A stretch of DNA of 64,000 bases from Negaprion brevirostris (taxonomy: Eukaryota), in assembly GCA_030324005.1 (NCBI GenBank), contig JARDVH010000157.1, forward strand, positions 23,750,136-23,814,135, written 5' to 3'. A program made the position numbers and the translations under genes. Of the stretch, positions 24,541 through 37,169 are shown piece after piece (the first letter of the stretch is position 1; every line of letters begins with the position of its first letter). A model generated the notes under the pieces. It was not told where the DNA came from. It ran no database searches and saw only the letters and a program-made list of their open reading frames with translations.

Positions 24541-24823
24541 GATTTACAGTTAATGGGGCTTTGTGTTTGGGGAGGGCGCCATCAAACCCAAAGGCTGAAG
24601 CCAAGAAAATACACAAATTGATCAATGCTTTTTCGCTTGTACCAACATGCCTGTATGAGTAAAAGCTTTGTTGAAATCCAAGCCTACCTTCTGTCGGAGT
24701 GGTGGTAAAGATGGCAAGAAGCAGTGCAAAGAGACTATTTGCTCTTTTCTTGGAAGCTGTTACTTGGCGGATCTGAAATGCCCCTCTAATACTGTTTCCC
24801 AGCATCCGCAGTATTTTATATTT

Positions 24824-24908
24824 CCTTTTGGCTAAGATCAAGTGTAGTATCGACATGTTGCACTTGGTTGAAGTCATTAGGTTACATTTCAGCTTCATTT
24901 GAAGCAAT
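24824..24908 (+). mobile_element. Second copy of the U2-headed element (5'-trimmed, runs into gap)
   Basis: ccttttggctaagatcaagtgtagtatc + gacatgttgcacttggttgaagtcattaggttacatttcagcttcatttgaagcaat, colinear with the reverse complement of 26330-26416. Confidence 0.8.
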
Positions 24909-25614
24909 NNNNNNNNNNNNNNNNNNNNNNNNNNNNNNNNNNNNNNNNNNNNNNNNNNNNNNNNNNNNNNNNNNNNNNNNNNNNNNNNNNNNNNNNNNNN
25001 NNNNNNNNNNNNNNNNNNNNNNNNNNNNNNNNNNNNNNNNNNNNNNNNNNNNNNNNNNNNNNNNNNNNNNNNNNNNNNNNNNNNNNNNNNNNNNNNNNNN
25101 NNNNNNNNNNNNNNNNNNNNNNNNNNNNNNNNNNNNNNNNNNNNNNNNNNNNNNNNNNNNNNNNNNNNNNNNNNNNNNNNNNNNNNNNNNNNNNNNNNNN
25201 NNNNNNNNNNNNNNNNNNNNNNNNNNNNNNNNNNNNNNNNNNNNNNNNNNNNNNNNNNNNNNNNNNNNNNNNNNNNNNNNNNNNNNNNNNNNNNNNNNNN
25301 NNNNNNNNNNNNNNNNNNNNNNNNNNNNNNNNNNNNNNNNNNNNNNNNNNNNNNNNNNNNNNNNNNNNNTGGTAACTTCCAAACTACTTCCAGAACCTAG
25401 GGGAGTTTGGAAAAACGTAGCCAACTTATTCACTTCCTCTGCAATAATATCTATTAGAACTCTGGATTGTAGGTTACCAGGTCATGGGGATTTGTTGGGC
25501 TTTAGTCCCTTGAGTTTCTTCAATACTTTATCTCCACTGATATGTTACTTTATCTATTATTGCCCCACACTTAATCCCTCAATTACCCTGTTTCTGGTAT
25601 AACTTGTGCCTTCT

Positions 25615-25907
25615 AAGGTTTGTTTGTTTGTTTGTTTATTAGTGTCACAAGTAGGCTTATTAACACTGCAATGACCTTACTGTGAAAATCCCCTAGTCGC
25701 CACACTCTGGCATGTCTTCGCAAGGCCAACACACCTAACCAGCAAGTCTTTGGAGTGTGGTAGGAAACCAGAGCACATGGACGAAACCCACGCAGTCATG
25801 GGGAGAGTGTGCGGATTCCACACAGCCAGTGACCCAAACCAGGAATTGAACCCAGGTCCCTGGTGCTGTGAGGCAGCAGTGCTAACCACTGTGCCACTGT
25901 GCTGCCC
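25615..25907 (-). mobile_element. V-SINE type B, full head
   Basis: ...gaggcagcagtgctaaccactgtgccactgtgctgccc head; (tttg)n tail. Confidence 0.85.
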
Positions 25908-26126
25908 CCTTCTACTGTAAAGGCTGGCACAAAATATCTGATCACTATTTTAGCCATTTCCTCATTCATAATTGCTCCTGTTTCTTGTACGGGCCCAGTG
26001 TTTACTGGGCTACTCTCTCCCTTTTTTATTTGTTACAATCTATTGATTACAGTAACTAACACCAAGTCAGGCAACTGTTTTCAGTTAATTGATAAATAAC
26101 TGCCATTACCAGGCAGTTTCTGTTAG

Positions 26127-26423
26127 TTTTTTTGTTTTTATTCTAATTCAATCAAATCAAGTCCAATTCAGAGTCTCAACAAGTTGACAAGCTGACAAGA
26201 CAGGGCTCTCACCTCCTGTCTTGGGCTTGATCTAATGATCCAAGCTGATTGGAGAAGGCATAGCTTCTCCTCCAAGGCTTGATCTTATTTGCATCTTAAC
26301 CAAAAGGCTGAGGTACCGCTTTTAAAAAAATTGCTTCAAATGGAGCTAAAATGTAACCTAATAACTTCAACCACGCACAGCATGTCGATACTACACTTGA
26401 TCTTAGCCAAAAGGCCAAGAGGC
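26127..26423 (-). mobile_element. U2 snRNA-headed short retroposon (SINE-like), near full length
   Basis: Minus strand begins gcctcttggccttttggctaagatcaagtgtagtatc (U2 nt ~4-40), then a non-U2 body, a second U2-like segment, two hairpin modules, AATAAA and an A-rich tail; a second copy lies at 24824-24908. Confidence 0.8.
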
Positions 26424-27104
26424 TTTTGAGCAAGCTAACAGTTTTAAAGCTCTAAATCAAGAGTCTGCTTGTTAATCTGAATTATAATAGCTCATGAAAA
26501 GCTTACCAGAAACATCTTCCTCGTTAGCAGTTGTTCCACGTTGCACTAAGTCCTCATCATCATCACATTTTGCTGTGCTGGAGCTGTTCTCCTCAGAGAA
26601 CATTGAGAGGAGATTTGATAGACGTGTTCAAAGTCATTAGTGGTCAGACAGCCTAGATTGAGAGGAACTGTTCCCACTGGTGAAAGGGTCAAAGAAGCAG
26701 TTGTGTTAGGCAAAAGAAACAGAGGTGACGTGAGCAAAAAATTTTTGTCTGTATGATTAGGATTTGGAATGTGTTACTTGCGAGTGTGACAGGAGAATTC
26801 AGTCGACGCTTTGAAAATGGATAATTATCTGAAGAGAAAAAATTGCTGGGTATTGGAAAAGGATGAGGGAGTGGCTCATTAGTTGGCACTTGACACAAAG
26901 GGCCAAATAGCCTCCTCCTTTACTGTAACTATTTAGTGCATCCTTAATGCTAACGAAAGCATATTAACAGACACAATACACACTGGGAATGAGCCCTGTG
27001 TCTGTCTTGTATTATGTGGTTCTCTACTGTACTGGCTGCTATCTTTACCAACCAAGTTATTTAAGGGGATGCAACCTTTAATTAAACCATGATGAAGATT
27101 GGAA

Positions 27105-27528
27105 TTGGTAATCTTGGCCTTACACTTGCTGGAGTTTAGAAGGATGAGAGGGAATCTGATCGAGGTATAGAATATTTTAAAAGGAATTGATAAAGTAAAT
27201 GTAGACCAAATGATTCCTCTTACGGGACAATCCTAGAGCAATCCTAAAACAATAGGTTGAGAGGTGGTAGATTTAAAACTGAGATGAGGAGGAACTATTT
27301 CTCGCAGAAGGTGCTGAATTTGTGGAACTCGCTGTCCTGTGGCACGGTGAAGTCTGAATCATTGAATGATTTCAAGAGGGAGATGAACACATTTCTAATT
27401 TTAAAAAAATGGAAATAGGAATGTAGGGAGATGGATTTGAGACCAGGGAGGGATCAGCCACAATCTGATTGAATGGCAGAGCAGACTTGAAGGGCTGAAT
27501 TTGCCTACTTCTGCTCCTATGTTCCTTA
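27105..27528 (+). mobile_element. CR1-type LINE 3' end
   Basis: LEFRRMRGNLIEV..., gagatgaggaggaactatttctcgcag, tail cctacttctgctcctatgttccttat. Confidence 0.8.
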
Positions 27529-28204
27529 TATATTTGGATCATGACATGTAGAAGTCACAGGATTGCGACTGGCCAATGGGCAAGTGATTGTAATCTATTT
27601 GCTGTGCTGCCTTGTACTTGGAGCAGTTTACGTGTAGGCTGTACAAACTTGTTAACGAACTTGTTTCTGCAAGCTACAGGATGCAATACAGATCATTCAT
27701 TTTTTTTCCTGTAATCCTGGGTGCACAATGATCACTTAATCACTAATATTGCTGGGCATTATTTAGTGAATATTATTTCAGGTCCTCCTGCAATCAAGTG
27801 GTTTGCATGCCAAACAAAAAACCCCTAATGTTACAGACCAAATCCAGTAGTACAGATATTGTCAGTTCAAAGATGTTTCAAAATTAACCAAGTAAGATAG
27901 TATATTTCCTAATTAATGACAACCTGGTTAAAACGTCAGTAATACTCAGATTGTACATCAATGCTGGCACTAGTTTTGCCAAATCCTAACTGCCACACCA
28001 AATGTATGTACTAGACAGTATTCTATTTCTTTATTCTGCTCTTTTAAACTTGGGTTATGTGGGGTGAGTTCTTTTTGAGCTGTGTAACACTAGGTTGAAG
28101 TACAGACTAGATCTCATCTGTTACTAGTTTTGGGAGAAATAAACTATCTTGAGGCTACAATTAAGAGCATCATAAAGGAGTATTGTGCAACATTCAAGTG
28201 TGCT

Positions 28205-28390
28205 AAAAGCAAAATACTGTAGAAGCTGGAATTTGAAACAAAAACAGAAAATGCTGGAAAGCCTCAGCAGGTCAGACAGCATCTGTGGAGAGAGAATAGA
28301 GCCAATGTTTCGAGCAAATGTTTGCTCTATTCTCTCTCCACAGATGCTGTCAGACCTGTTGAGATTGTCCAGCATTTTCTGTTTTTATTA
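28205..28390. repeat. Palindromic repeat, family 3
   Basis: aaaacagaaaatgctggaaagcctcagcaggtcagacagcatctgtggagagagaatagagc followed by its near-perfect reverse complement. Confidence 0.8.
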
Positions 28391-28569
28391 GTAGTGTGGT
28401 AACCTGGATGAAAATTTATTTTTGATGCAATTAGTAACTGTTGATAGGATTGTCTGCGTATATGTGGAGGGTAACCTTGTATTACAATAGTAACCTTATT
28501 CATAGTAGCTCTTAATTCTGAATATATAATCTGTACTGCTGAAGAGTAAGTATGTTGGCGGGCTTGGAT

Positions 28570-29005
28570 GGATGGTACTCTTGCCTCTGAAGGTTGCGGG
28601 TTCAAGCTTCACTCCAGAACTTGAGCCCAAAGACGAGACCGATGCTTCAGTCGAATACCATGCAAAGTGCTGAATTGTTGGAGATGTGGTCTTTCTAACA
28701 ATATGTTCTTAAAAAAGAGAGTTGTTTCCTGTATATTTGTGTGGATGTAAAAACAAAAATTCCATGTCTCAGTTTGTGAAAAAGAAGGCATTTCCTATGC
28801 CCTGGCCAACATTCTGCCTTTAACCAACTCCACTAACACTTTAAATGATCATTCATCTCAGTTACTGTTTGTGGAAGTTTGTGCAAATTGGTTGNNNNNN
28901 NNNGTTTGCAAAACAGAATGATGGCACTTCAGGAAGTAAATGTTTGGATTTGAAGTGTTTGGGGGTGTTGATATATGGTACTATATAAATGTAAATTTTT
29001 TTCTA
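28570..29005 (+). mobile_element. Old Deu-domain-like SINE (DeuSINE/SacSINE1-like)
   Basis: tRNA-like head (gaaggttgcgggttcaag), ggatgtaaaa...cctggccaacatt..., tail tatataaatgtaaattttt; related fragments at ~70-245 (-), ~2745-2840 (-), ~31620-31770 (-), ~36655-36775 (+). Confidence 0.55.
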
Positions 29006-29439
29006 ATACAGATATAAAGCATATTCAATCTATGTAAGTTGATATGTAGGGTGTACCTGGCAGTAAATTATGTTGTAGCTAAATTATAAACAATTTAAAA
29101 CCAAAGCTATGTATTAACCTGTGGGGTTAAAAATGAAAGGATGAGTGTTGGTTATATATCTGAAACAAAATTCTAGAAACAGAACAAACCTTTTAGCATA
29201 AAGGAAAAGGCAGGTTGACCAATGGAAATCTTTCAAATGTTTAAACATTAAGCTGTTTCCTTTATTAGCTTCTTGTGGATCTACTGTGCATTTCTAGCAT
29301 TTTCTGTCTTTATATCTGGACCAATTTGGTTACAGTAACATTTTGACATTTTTGTTAGTATTTACTTACCATTGTAAATTGCTCTCAACATTTTCCATTT
29401 GGGTTTGCAATGCATACTGTTCCATAATCAGAGTCATGT

Positions 29440-30122
29440 TGTGGTTCAGGTCTGAAACTCAAGTATTTTATGAAGCCTGCCTGAATCATAATTTTTGCAT
29501 TTTGAATCTGGGCTAGGGTAAGCATGAGGATTTTCACTTCAGGTATAATTCAAGTGACCCACTAGCGAATTTTAATCAAACAGTTTATTTAAAAATATAG
29601 TTGACGTGTAGTACTAAAATTAGCAATAACTTTTATCAGTTACAAACAAGAAACAAAACAACCACTATAATGTATAACTCTTAATAATGTATCTAATGAC
29701 ATTCCAATTAAAAACCAAAGTCCAATAAACAAAACCCATCAAATAGATTTATCATTGCACAGCGTAAAGCTCATGTGATACTGGAATCCAGTTCCTGGGT
29801 TGAATGCAGATTTCAAATGATCTTGAAAACTCAGAGCAGCCTGCAGTCGTACCAGCTCCCCAGAACACCAAAGCACAAATTAATTACTGCAAAATGGCAA
29901 CAGGTCTTTATTTCAGCTAATTGGTAAAATTCTCAAAGCAAAACAGAGAGAGGCTTCTTTTCCAGCTTGCTTCCAAGATGCCCGTAACACTGTAGCCAAA
30001 GTGAAACTGAAAGCTGCAAAACTTAAGTCACCTGACCCTGCCCAGTTCTTTTTCTAGCAATGACATCACCAAAGGCTGTGACCATGAGTAAAAAAAACTC
30101 TTACGAGTTCACTAATATCACA
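29440..30122 (-). mobile_element. Possible solo LTR
   Basis: TGTGGT...ATCACA termini, minus-strand AATAAA near 29585; no clear TSD and no second copy. Confidence 0.25.
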
Positions 30123-30242
30123 TTCTGTAGCCACTAGGTGGTTCTATGGAACAACTTCATCCCATCTGTGTTGCCTCTCTTTATAATGGAGATAGAAGTA
30201 TGCAAGTAGGAGCATTTTATAAAGATAGAACACAGAACAGAC

Positions 30243-30540
30243 ATGGTGGCATAGTGGTTAGCACAGCTGCCTCACAATGCCAAGGATCCACGTTCGATTC
30301 CCGGCTCGGGTCACTGTCTTTGTGAAGTTTGCACACGCTCGCTACGTTTGCTGGTTTCCTCTGGGTGCTCCAGTTTCCTCCCACAGTCCAAAAATGTGCA
30401 TATTGGACGATCTGGACTTGCTAAATTCTCCTTAAGTGTAAACAAACTGAGGCTGGAGTGGTGACTAGGGGATTTTCACAGTACCTTTATTGCAGTGTGA
30501 ATGTAAGTCTGCTTGTGACTGACAAATAAACTTTACTTTG
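30243..30540 (+). mobile_element. V-SINE type B
   Basis: tggtggcatagtggttagcacagctgcctcaca...gactaggggattttcacagtacc...aaataaactttacttt. Confidence 0.85.
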
Positions 30541-31989
30541 ACATGATGCTATTATGCATCTATGGTCAGTTGTTGCTGTTCTGACACACGGTTTCCTCTT
30601 TCCATTTGCCATAACCATTGTTAAAGTAACATTATGCTTTGTCTGCCTGCCATCCTTTCCGCACCCTGCTGTCCTTCTTCCCTACCATACCTTGACTTCC
30701 TCTTGACTTTGCCAGTGGTCCTGCTGCTTTACTTCACTTTCCCTCCTCCAGCTGCTGCAAATTGCACTCTTCAACCAGATTTCTAATAAAACCTCCATCC
30801 TTTTGACCTAGCCTGCCATGCCAGCTCCTGCCTTAGACTGAGGTCTCATCCTGTTTATTGCTTCTTAGTGCCAAGCTATAACACAAATCATTGCTTTCTG
30901 GAGAGGACCAGAGAGATGTTTTAACTTTTATTAGCACAGTGTCTCGTGCTGCAGGCCTCAAAGCTCAAGTTCTTGACACAAAATGTGGCTGCCAGAACCC
31001 AGCAAGTGCAGTCATACGACAGATGTATACAAATTGAATTGAACAAAGTATTTAGCGTCAACAGGAAATCCTTTTCAAAATATTTGAGTTAGATTTTTTA
31101 AATGTTTCAAATGTCTGCGTTGACTTCCAGAAACTCTGATATTGGGCAGCGAATCTTGCTGTTCATTAAATATTATGGTTTGATTGAATTGTGTTTCTCC
31201 ATTGGTCCATTTATAGAGGAAATTGTATTGTCTTTGTGATGGTTTATTGTGTTTGATTATTTGTAATTCATATTGAAATTATTGATGGCATTTGGGCAGA
31301 ATCGAATGGTGTGGTGCAAGTGGCCAGTTTACACCATATCATCATTTGATCTGTGTTTTTAATGAATGAATCAACAGATTGAAACCATCTCATCTGGAAT
31401 GCACGTTGCCAAATTAATAATACTGAACAGGATGTTAAACTCACCCTCCACCCCATCTTTAGTAACATTGGGGCTTCATCAACACAGAAGTGGGGGAAAA
31501 TATGCTTTCGTTGTAAATAGTCGATGAAATGGAAGAGCCCAGGTTCGATCCCTGATCTGTGCTGAATTTAGAGTGTAGGGTGCTACACTTTGCCCTAGTG
31601 TTATTGTCCAATGGTGAAAGGAAAGAACAAGCTTTACTTTGTATGGGTACCTTATCAAATCCTCAAGATGTTCCAAAGTGCATTACAACCAATGAGTTAC
31701 TTCTGAAGTACAAACAATGCTGTTATGTAGACAAACATGGCAACCAATTTGCTTACAAGGTCTCACAAAGAATAAATACATTTTCTTTTAATCTGTTTTG
31801 TTGGAGTTGGCTGAGTAGAAAAGTTCTAAGTCCAGTGTTAAAGCCACAGAAATCCAGACTACCAACTGAACCAAGCCTGCTAAAATAGTTCTGATTGCTG
31901 GCATAATTCTTACAGCAATGTTTTGAACATGTTTTATTGAGGTCATTATGTTGTTCTAATGCTCTTTGGTGGGTTTATGGCTGTTGTAG

Positions 31990-32091
31990 GCATTCCTTCT
32001 GATTGGTGCATGAATCTGGACACTCTGAAGGAGAGTTTCCGTATTGCTAGCAGTTTCAACTGGTCTGATGTGGATCTCTCCCAGTTTCAAG
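31990..32091 (+). CDS. FOXJ3: FOXJ3 coding exon: (G)[33 protein letters not shown]
   Basis: ttgtag|GC acceptor, CAAG|gtaggt donor, 102 nt phase 1-1; conserved [20 protein letters not shown] motif. Confidence 0.95.
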
Positions 32092-32783
32092 GTAGGTTGC
32101 TGATAATGTGGAGTTGTGCTCCCTACCCACTGTGGTTTATTGGAACTCTCCAAGGTGCAGGTTCTGGCTTCCTAAAGGCAGAAGTACTAAAGTGAAGACG
32201 AGGCAGTTTAAAAGTAAAATGTAACCCAGAAGGTCTACAAAACTTTACAGGCCTCAAATGTTATAATTAAAGCACATGTTTATGTGTGATTTAGGACATA
32301 TTTTTGCTGAGGGAGGTTAAACCATTGCTATTTTGCTACAATATCCTTGTACAATTTGGGAACTTCAGCCCTGAGCTGCAGAAGAGAAATCTTTTTCAGT
32401 AAAGTCTCATTAACGGGTGTAATCCTATGCAAGTTTGCATTTAGTTCTGGTCTCACTCAGATTTGGAAATGGTAGGTTTATTCTGTTTTTTCACGCCATG
32501 CTGACTGCACACATCCACAAACCAACCTGACCCTGTGCACACAACAAAAATAGGCTGATTGAACACAAAAGCCTGTGTGTGGAGCTAGGTTAGGCATTAG
32601 TGTTACTTACTTTATTGACTTTGTTTTAATTTTATTTGCTTTATCATTTTCTTTATGTTACAGTTAGTTGGCCTTTTTTTAAAGATACCTGCTTTGCCTG
32701 TCAGGCTGTGGACCCATTGGTTCTTTAGCCTCTTGTTTCCCTGGATTCTCTCCTTAACACTCTGTCATGCCTTTTATCCGCAG

Positions 32784-32975
32784 GTCTGATGGAGAGTATG
32801 AAACAGGCGGATCTCAATAACTGGTCACTCGATCCTGTTCAGTTTGCGGACTTGTGCTCTTCCCTAAACCAGTTCTTCACACAAACTGGTCTGATCCAGT
32901 CACAAGGGAACATGCCGCCCTCGGTTTGTCACAGCACAATGCATTCGCAGAAACCAAACCAGCACATCAGTACAG
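32784..32975 (+). CDS. FOXJ3: FOXJ3 coding exon: (G)[40 protein letters not shown]...QHIST
   Basis: ccgcag|GT acceptor, ACAG|gtatag donor, 192 nt phase 1-1. Confidence 0.95.
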
Positions 32976-34514
32976 GTATAGACGGCAAACTGTAGAGCTA
33001 GTTACAGCTTTTAATTTGTCAATAAGGTATTGAAATAGGTGAAGCTTTAAAGATGAGTAAACTTTTGTTTGTTAGGCCATGGCAATTCAGAAAATTGTTG
33101 CTCAGCTTTAACCCCAAGAAAAAGTGCCAAGCAGGCCATTTTGTTTTTAAATTTATGTTTACCTTTTATAAGTTTCGATTTATTTTGGAAGGACAGGGGA
33201 AACAGCCAACATTATTGTGCAAAGGGAAGGTGTTTTATCTGCTTCTCAATCTTACTTGTTACAAACAGGGAAAAAAAGCTTTTTGTGTGTCTGGAGCCAA
33301 ATTGATAACACCATCAGTTTGCACAATGTGCCCTGGGCTGTCCGTGTGAAATGCACCAGGCACCTCCACGTAAAAAGGCTGTAATAATTTGAACAAGCCG
33401 CTTCTGTTCACCTCCTGAAATCACCCCAAAAAAACCACTGGAGAGTTGTAGACAGACTTGGATGGGGAACAGAACCAAACTTGCAATAAAGGAGCCTGTT
33501 TTCAGTCTGGTTTTGATTTGATGGTTTGCCTTTATAATTGTGGCAAATCAATAAGAAGAGAAGCGTCTGATCATGCACCGCACATCAGATTATTTGTTAA
33601 CAAAGGAGTTTTGCAGCTTAGCTTGGCGACACTCTCCCTTAATCTCTAATTCCTAACCAACAATTTACATTTACAGCATTCTGCTTTCCAGGTTTAGCAG
33701 CTCCTAATTGCACCTGTCTTTTGAAATTAACTGTTCCTTTTTTTTTTACAGCTTCTCTGCTCCTTATTCTAGAGTTTATCAACGTGCTGCTTAAATTTTT
33801 CAGGTTTCTCCAGTTCCTGATGATTACTTTTGCTTGCTTTCCTTGCACATTTTATTTTGCCTTTCCGTTCTACTCGAGATCTCCCTCTTTGCATTTGCAA
33901 TACATAGACCTCTATGGCTTTCCCACTCTGCAGCCTGTTGGTTTCTAATTAAATTTTCTACTTTCTACCTTCTACTAACTGGACTGTCTTATCACGTCCA
34001 CTTTCAGTTGCTGGCTACAGCTCTTTTCCATACTTTACTCACCATTTGAAGCCACGTTTCGTTTTGCAAGCATTGACTATTACTTCCTCTGCTCTGCTAA
34101 ACAGGATTGCTAAATTCAAAATTAAGGACTTAAAGCACCAGATAACAGGACCAGTCAGTAGTTAATAGATGCACTGATCGACAACAAAATTATAGCTTGG
34201 TCCTGCTGATGTTGTGTTACTAACTCTCCTGTTGGCTTATTTGATTGAAGCTGTAAATAGCTGTTCCATATCGACCAAGAAGGTCACACTTGAGTCCTCA
34301 ATGCTGATTTTGGTTGCTACTAGTGGGCTATAATTAGCCTCAGTCTCCTGGAGTTAAAGTAGAGAAATTCTTTTGAGTTCTTTCTCCAAATCACCATCAA
34401 ACAATTCCTCCTCAGTCACCTACTATAACCGTTAGAACTGAAGAGTCTGTATAGAGAATGAGTGAAGGCAGGAACAGGTAAGGGCATGACTCAATTGCAG
34501 AGTCCAGGGCGCAC

Positions 34515-34540
34515 CACACACACACACACACACACACACA
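34515..34540 (+). repeat. (CA)n microsatellite
   Basis: cacacacacacacacacacacacaca. Confidence 0.95.
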
Positions 34541-36264
34541 ATGGATATTTGAGCAAGGTAGTGGATGGTGACCAATATTTATTCATTCTCCATTTTGTTT
34601 TCTATTGGTCTCTTGCTTTGTCTCCAGTCAAGAGATCTGGCAAAGATGCAACTCATTGTAACTATCTCTAATCACCTATAAGGAGAAGTGGCCCTGAATT
34701 TCTCTCTCTTCCTGTGGAGCAACACAGGTTTTCACTCAGGGTGCTTCCACAATATAACTGTCTAGACAATAGATTATTTTTATGAACATCACAATGGACC
34801 TCCACTATGCTGTGCTTCCACGCCATCCATTGTCTTAATTTCCAAAACAGCACTGAAGTCTGTTACACGCTATTTCAGAATTAGTAAATGCAGCTGCTCC
34901 TCCTTTATTAATGGGTTTGTATGCGGATCTGAGGAACAAAATTGCCATGAGCTAACTGTAAATGTTTAAATTCTGAATATTTTAATATGTAATTAAATAT
35001 GTACACAGGACTGTCTGCATTAATAGATAAATGTTCGACTTGCAGTTTGTTCTTTGCTCTGTTGAAGGCTCATTCCCTTACTGTTGGAATGTCTTCAGTT
35101 TGCTGAGATTTCCTTCTGTGACCTAATAATTGGATTTACATGGCGGTGTTAGCAAGAAACAATTTTAAATTCATGAAAATGTTCGTGTACGAATACAAAT
35201 AATCCATTTTGTTACATCAACTTAAGAGAAAAGGCTTGCAATCTTTTTCACAAATTTTACAAGCAAAAAAAATGATGATGAGAATAGTGTAATTAAATCT
35301 GTGGAATGAAAAGTTAATACTGTACTCCAGTATAATTGATCAATAACATCCCCCTCACCTTCAGTTTCAAAGAAGCTTTTTTTAATAATCGAATAGGGAC
35401 TTCTGTCTGGTAAATGGAACATTTGTCGTCTTTTTAACAACAAAGTCAGGTAGATCACCATCAAGCATACCTCCAATAGGTTAAGTGCAAGCTCTATTTA
35501 TTCTGACCACAGGCAAATATTCGTGTAGCTATATGCTCAGTAGCATTGACCTTAATTTATCTCTACCAGTGTAACATTCTTACATTTGCCATGCTTTTGA
35601 TCCTTGCAGCAAATGAGATGGACAATCCCGGCGTGATTTAAGTGAGTTTTAGGTTATGGATCTGTCCAATTGGGAGCTGGGTTGTCAAAACTTAATCGCA
35701 TAGAACCCTGAGAGCCAGCAGAAAGAGGAGATTTCACCCATTGGTTTCAACCCTAGTCCAAAGCTGAAAGTTCAGTGTGCTCAGTTTTCTTGACATATTC
35801 TTGGCATTTGTTTCTTATTCCAAATTTGAAATAATTAATGGATGATGGTGATGAGTGAAAGGTTTCTTCCTGCATCTTTAATGGACATTTATGTAAACAT
35901 CCTCAAATTTTGTATTGTATTAAAAACATCCACACTGGAGATGGATTTACTTGAATGCTGCACACATCTGGCACGACACATCTCGTCCAAACATAACAGC
36001 AAAGGTGAAAAAATAAGTCAGCGATGTTTCACACAAAAGTGGAAGTAAATGACCGAAAGATTTAATGTTTGTTTGTGTCTCAAAATTACACCCATTTCTT
36101 ATTTAGCTGTGTACATTTCCTCAAGTTGTTTTTTATTTTTGTGGGAAAAGACCAGATATGATCATTTGGATTGACAATAGTGCTGGGTTTGGTTGTTTTA
36201 CGCTATTAATGTTTATTTGCACTGAAGTGGTGATTTCTCACTCCTGCACCACTTTCTCACACAG

Positions 36265-36369
36265 GAAGCTTGTACATTGACTCCAGACAAAACCTTCCTG
36301 CTTCAATGATGGGGCCCCCTGGGTACCCCCATCTCCCACCTCTCAGTACCCCAGGACCAGCCATGACAG
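36265..36369 (+). CDS. FOXJ3: FOXJ3 coding exon: (G)[34 protein letters not shown]
   Basis: acacag|GA acceptor, ACAG|gtaatt donor, 105 nt phase 1-1; not captured by the ORF track on +, translated by hand. Confidence 0.92.
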
Positions 36370-37169
36370 GTAATTGCCCCATATTAACTGCATATCCTGG
36401 GGCTGCCACTTTATTTTTTTCCTCCCTCCTTTCTTTTCCCCTTTGACCTGCATGTTGCATGCATGTCTGGGATCCTGGGTACACCTTACTTGCATGCTTC
36501 TGCCAGAGACTGGGAACGGTTAAAAATGAAAATAGTTTCACAGTCAACCTAATTTTGTAATGCATCCTTAAACAGGGCAGGCACTGGTGGGCATAGGACT
36601 TCTGAGGTATCATTTTGCTCATTGTCCATTTGGTAACTGCCTTTACAGCATACCCCAGTTGATGACACTTGCCTCCAAGTCGGGATGTTGTTATTTCAAA
36701 ATACTTCCCAATCTGTTGAATCTTTTTGGAGTGTCCTAAGGATGTGTAAAAGGGCTGTATAAATGCATGTTCCTTTGTTAATACAGCAGCTCCAGAATTA
36801 CATTATCACAGAACCCTAGCTAATTCGTTTTGAGTTCCTGATGCAGTCTCCCCTTTAAAGTTTGTGGTTAGACTGCATTTGACAGCACCCCAACAGTTCA
36901 CAATTTAAAATTCCTGAAAGTTGAAATCCCAAATGTAATTCATTTAAACAGTAACCATTTTCCCCAACATCTCCTTTCTCTCATTTTGAGCAAAATTTTA
37001 CCATGTACATGGAGCCCTGAACTAACTGGTACCTCTGTCTATCTGCATGCAAATCTGTTTTATTGGCAATGATTTATCAATGAAGAATATTTTTCAACCC
37101 AGGGCTTTCATCCAAGGACTTAATGTGTTCCTCAACGTCCTCAAAAACAGGAGGACTAGAATATAAGTG

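Noticed and set aside
24868-25602. Long ORFs in the track (also 18026-18385, 39594-40107, 56874-57185, 63709-63980)
   Set aside because: Length is produced by translation through N runs.
24824-26423. Functional U2 snRNA genes
   Set aside because: Only the first ~40 nt of U2 are present; no Sm site or 3' stem-loops; followed by an unrelated repeat body.
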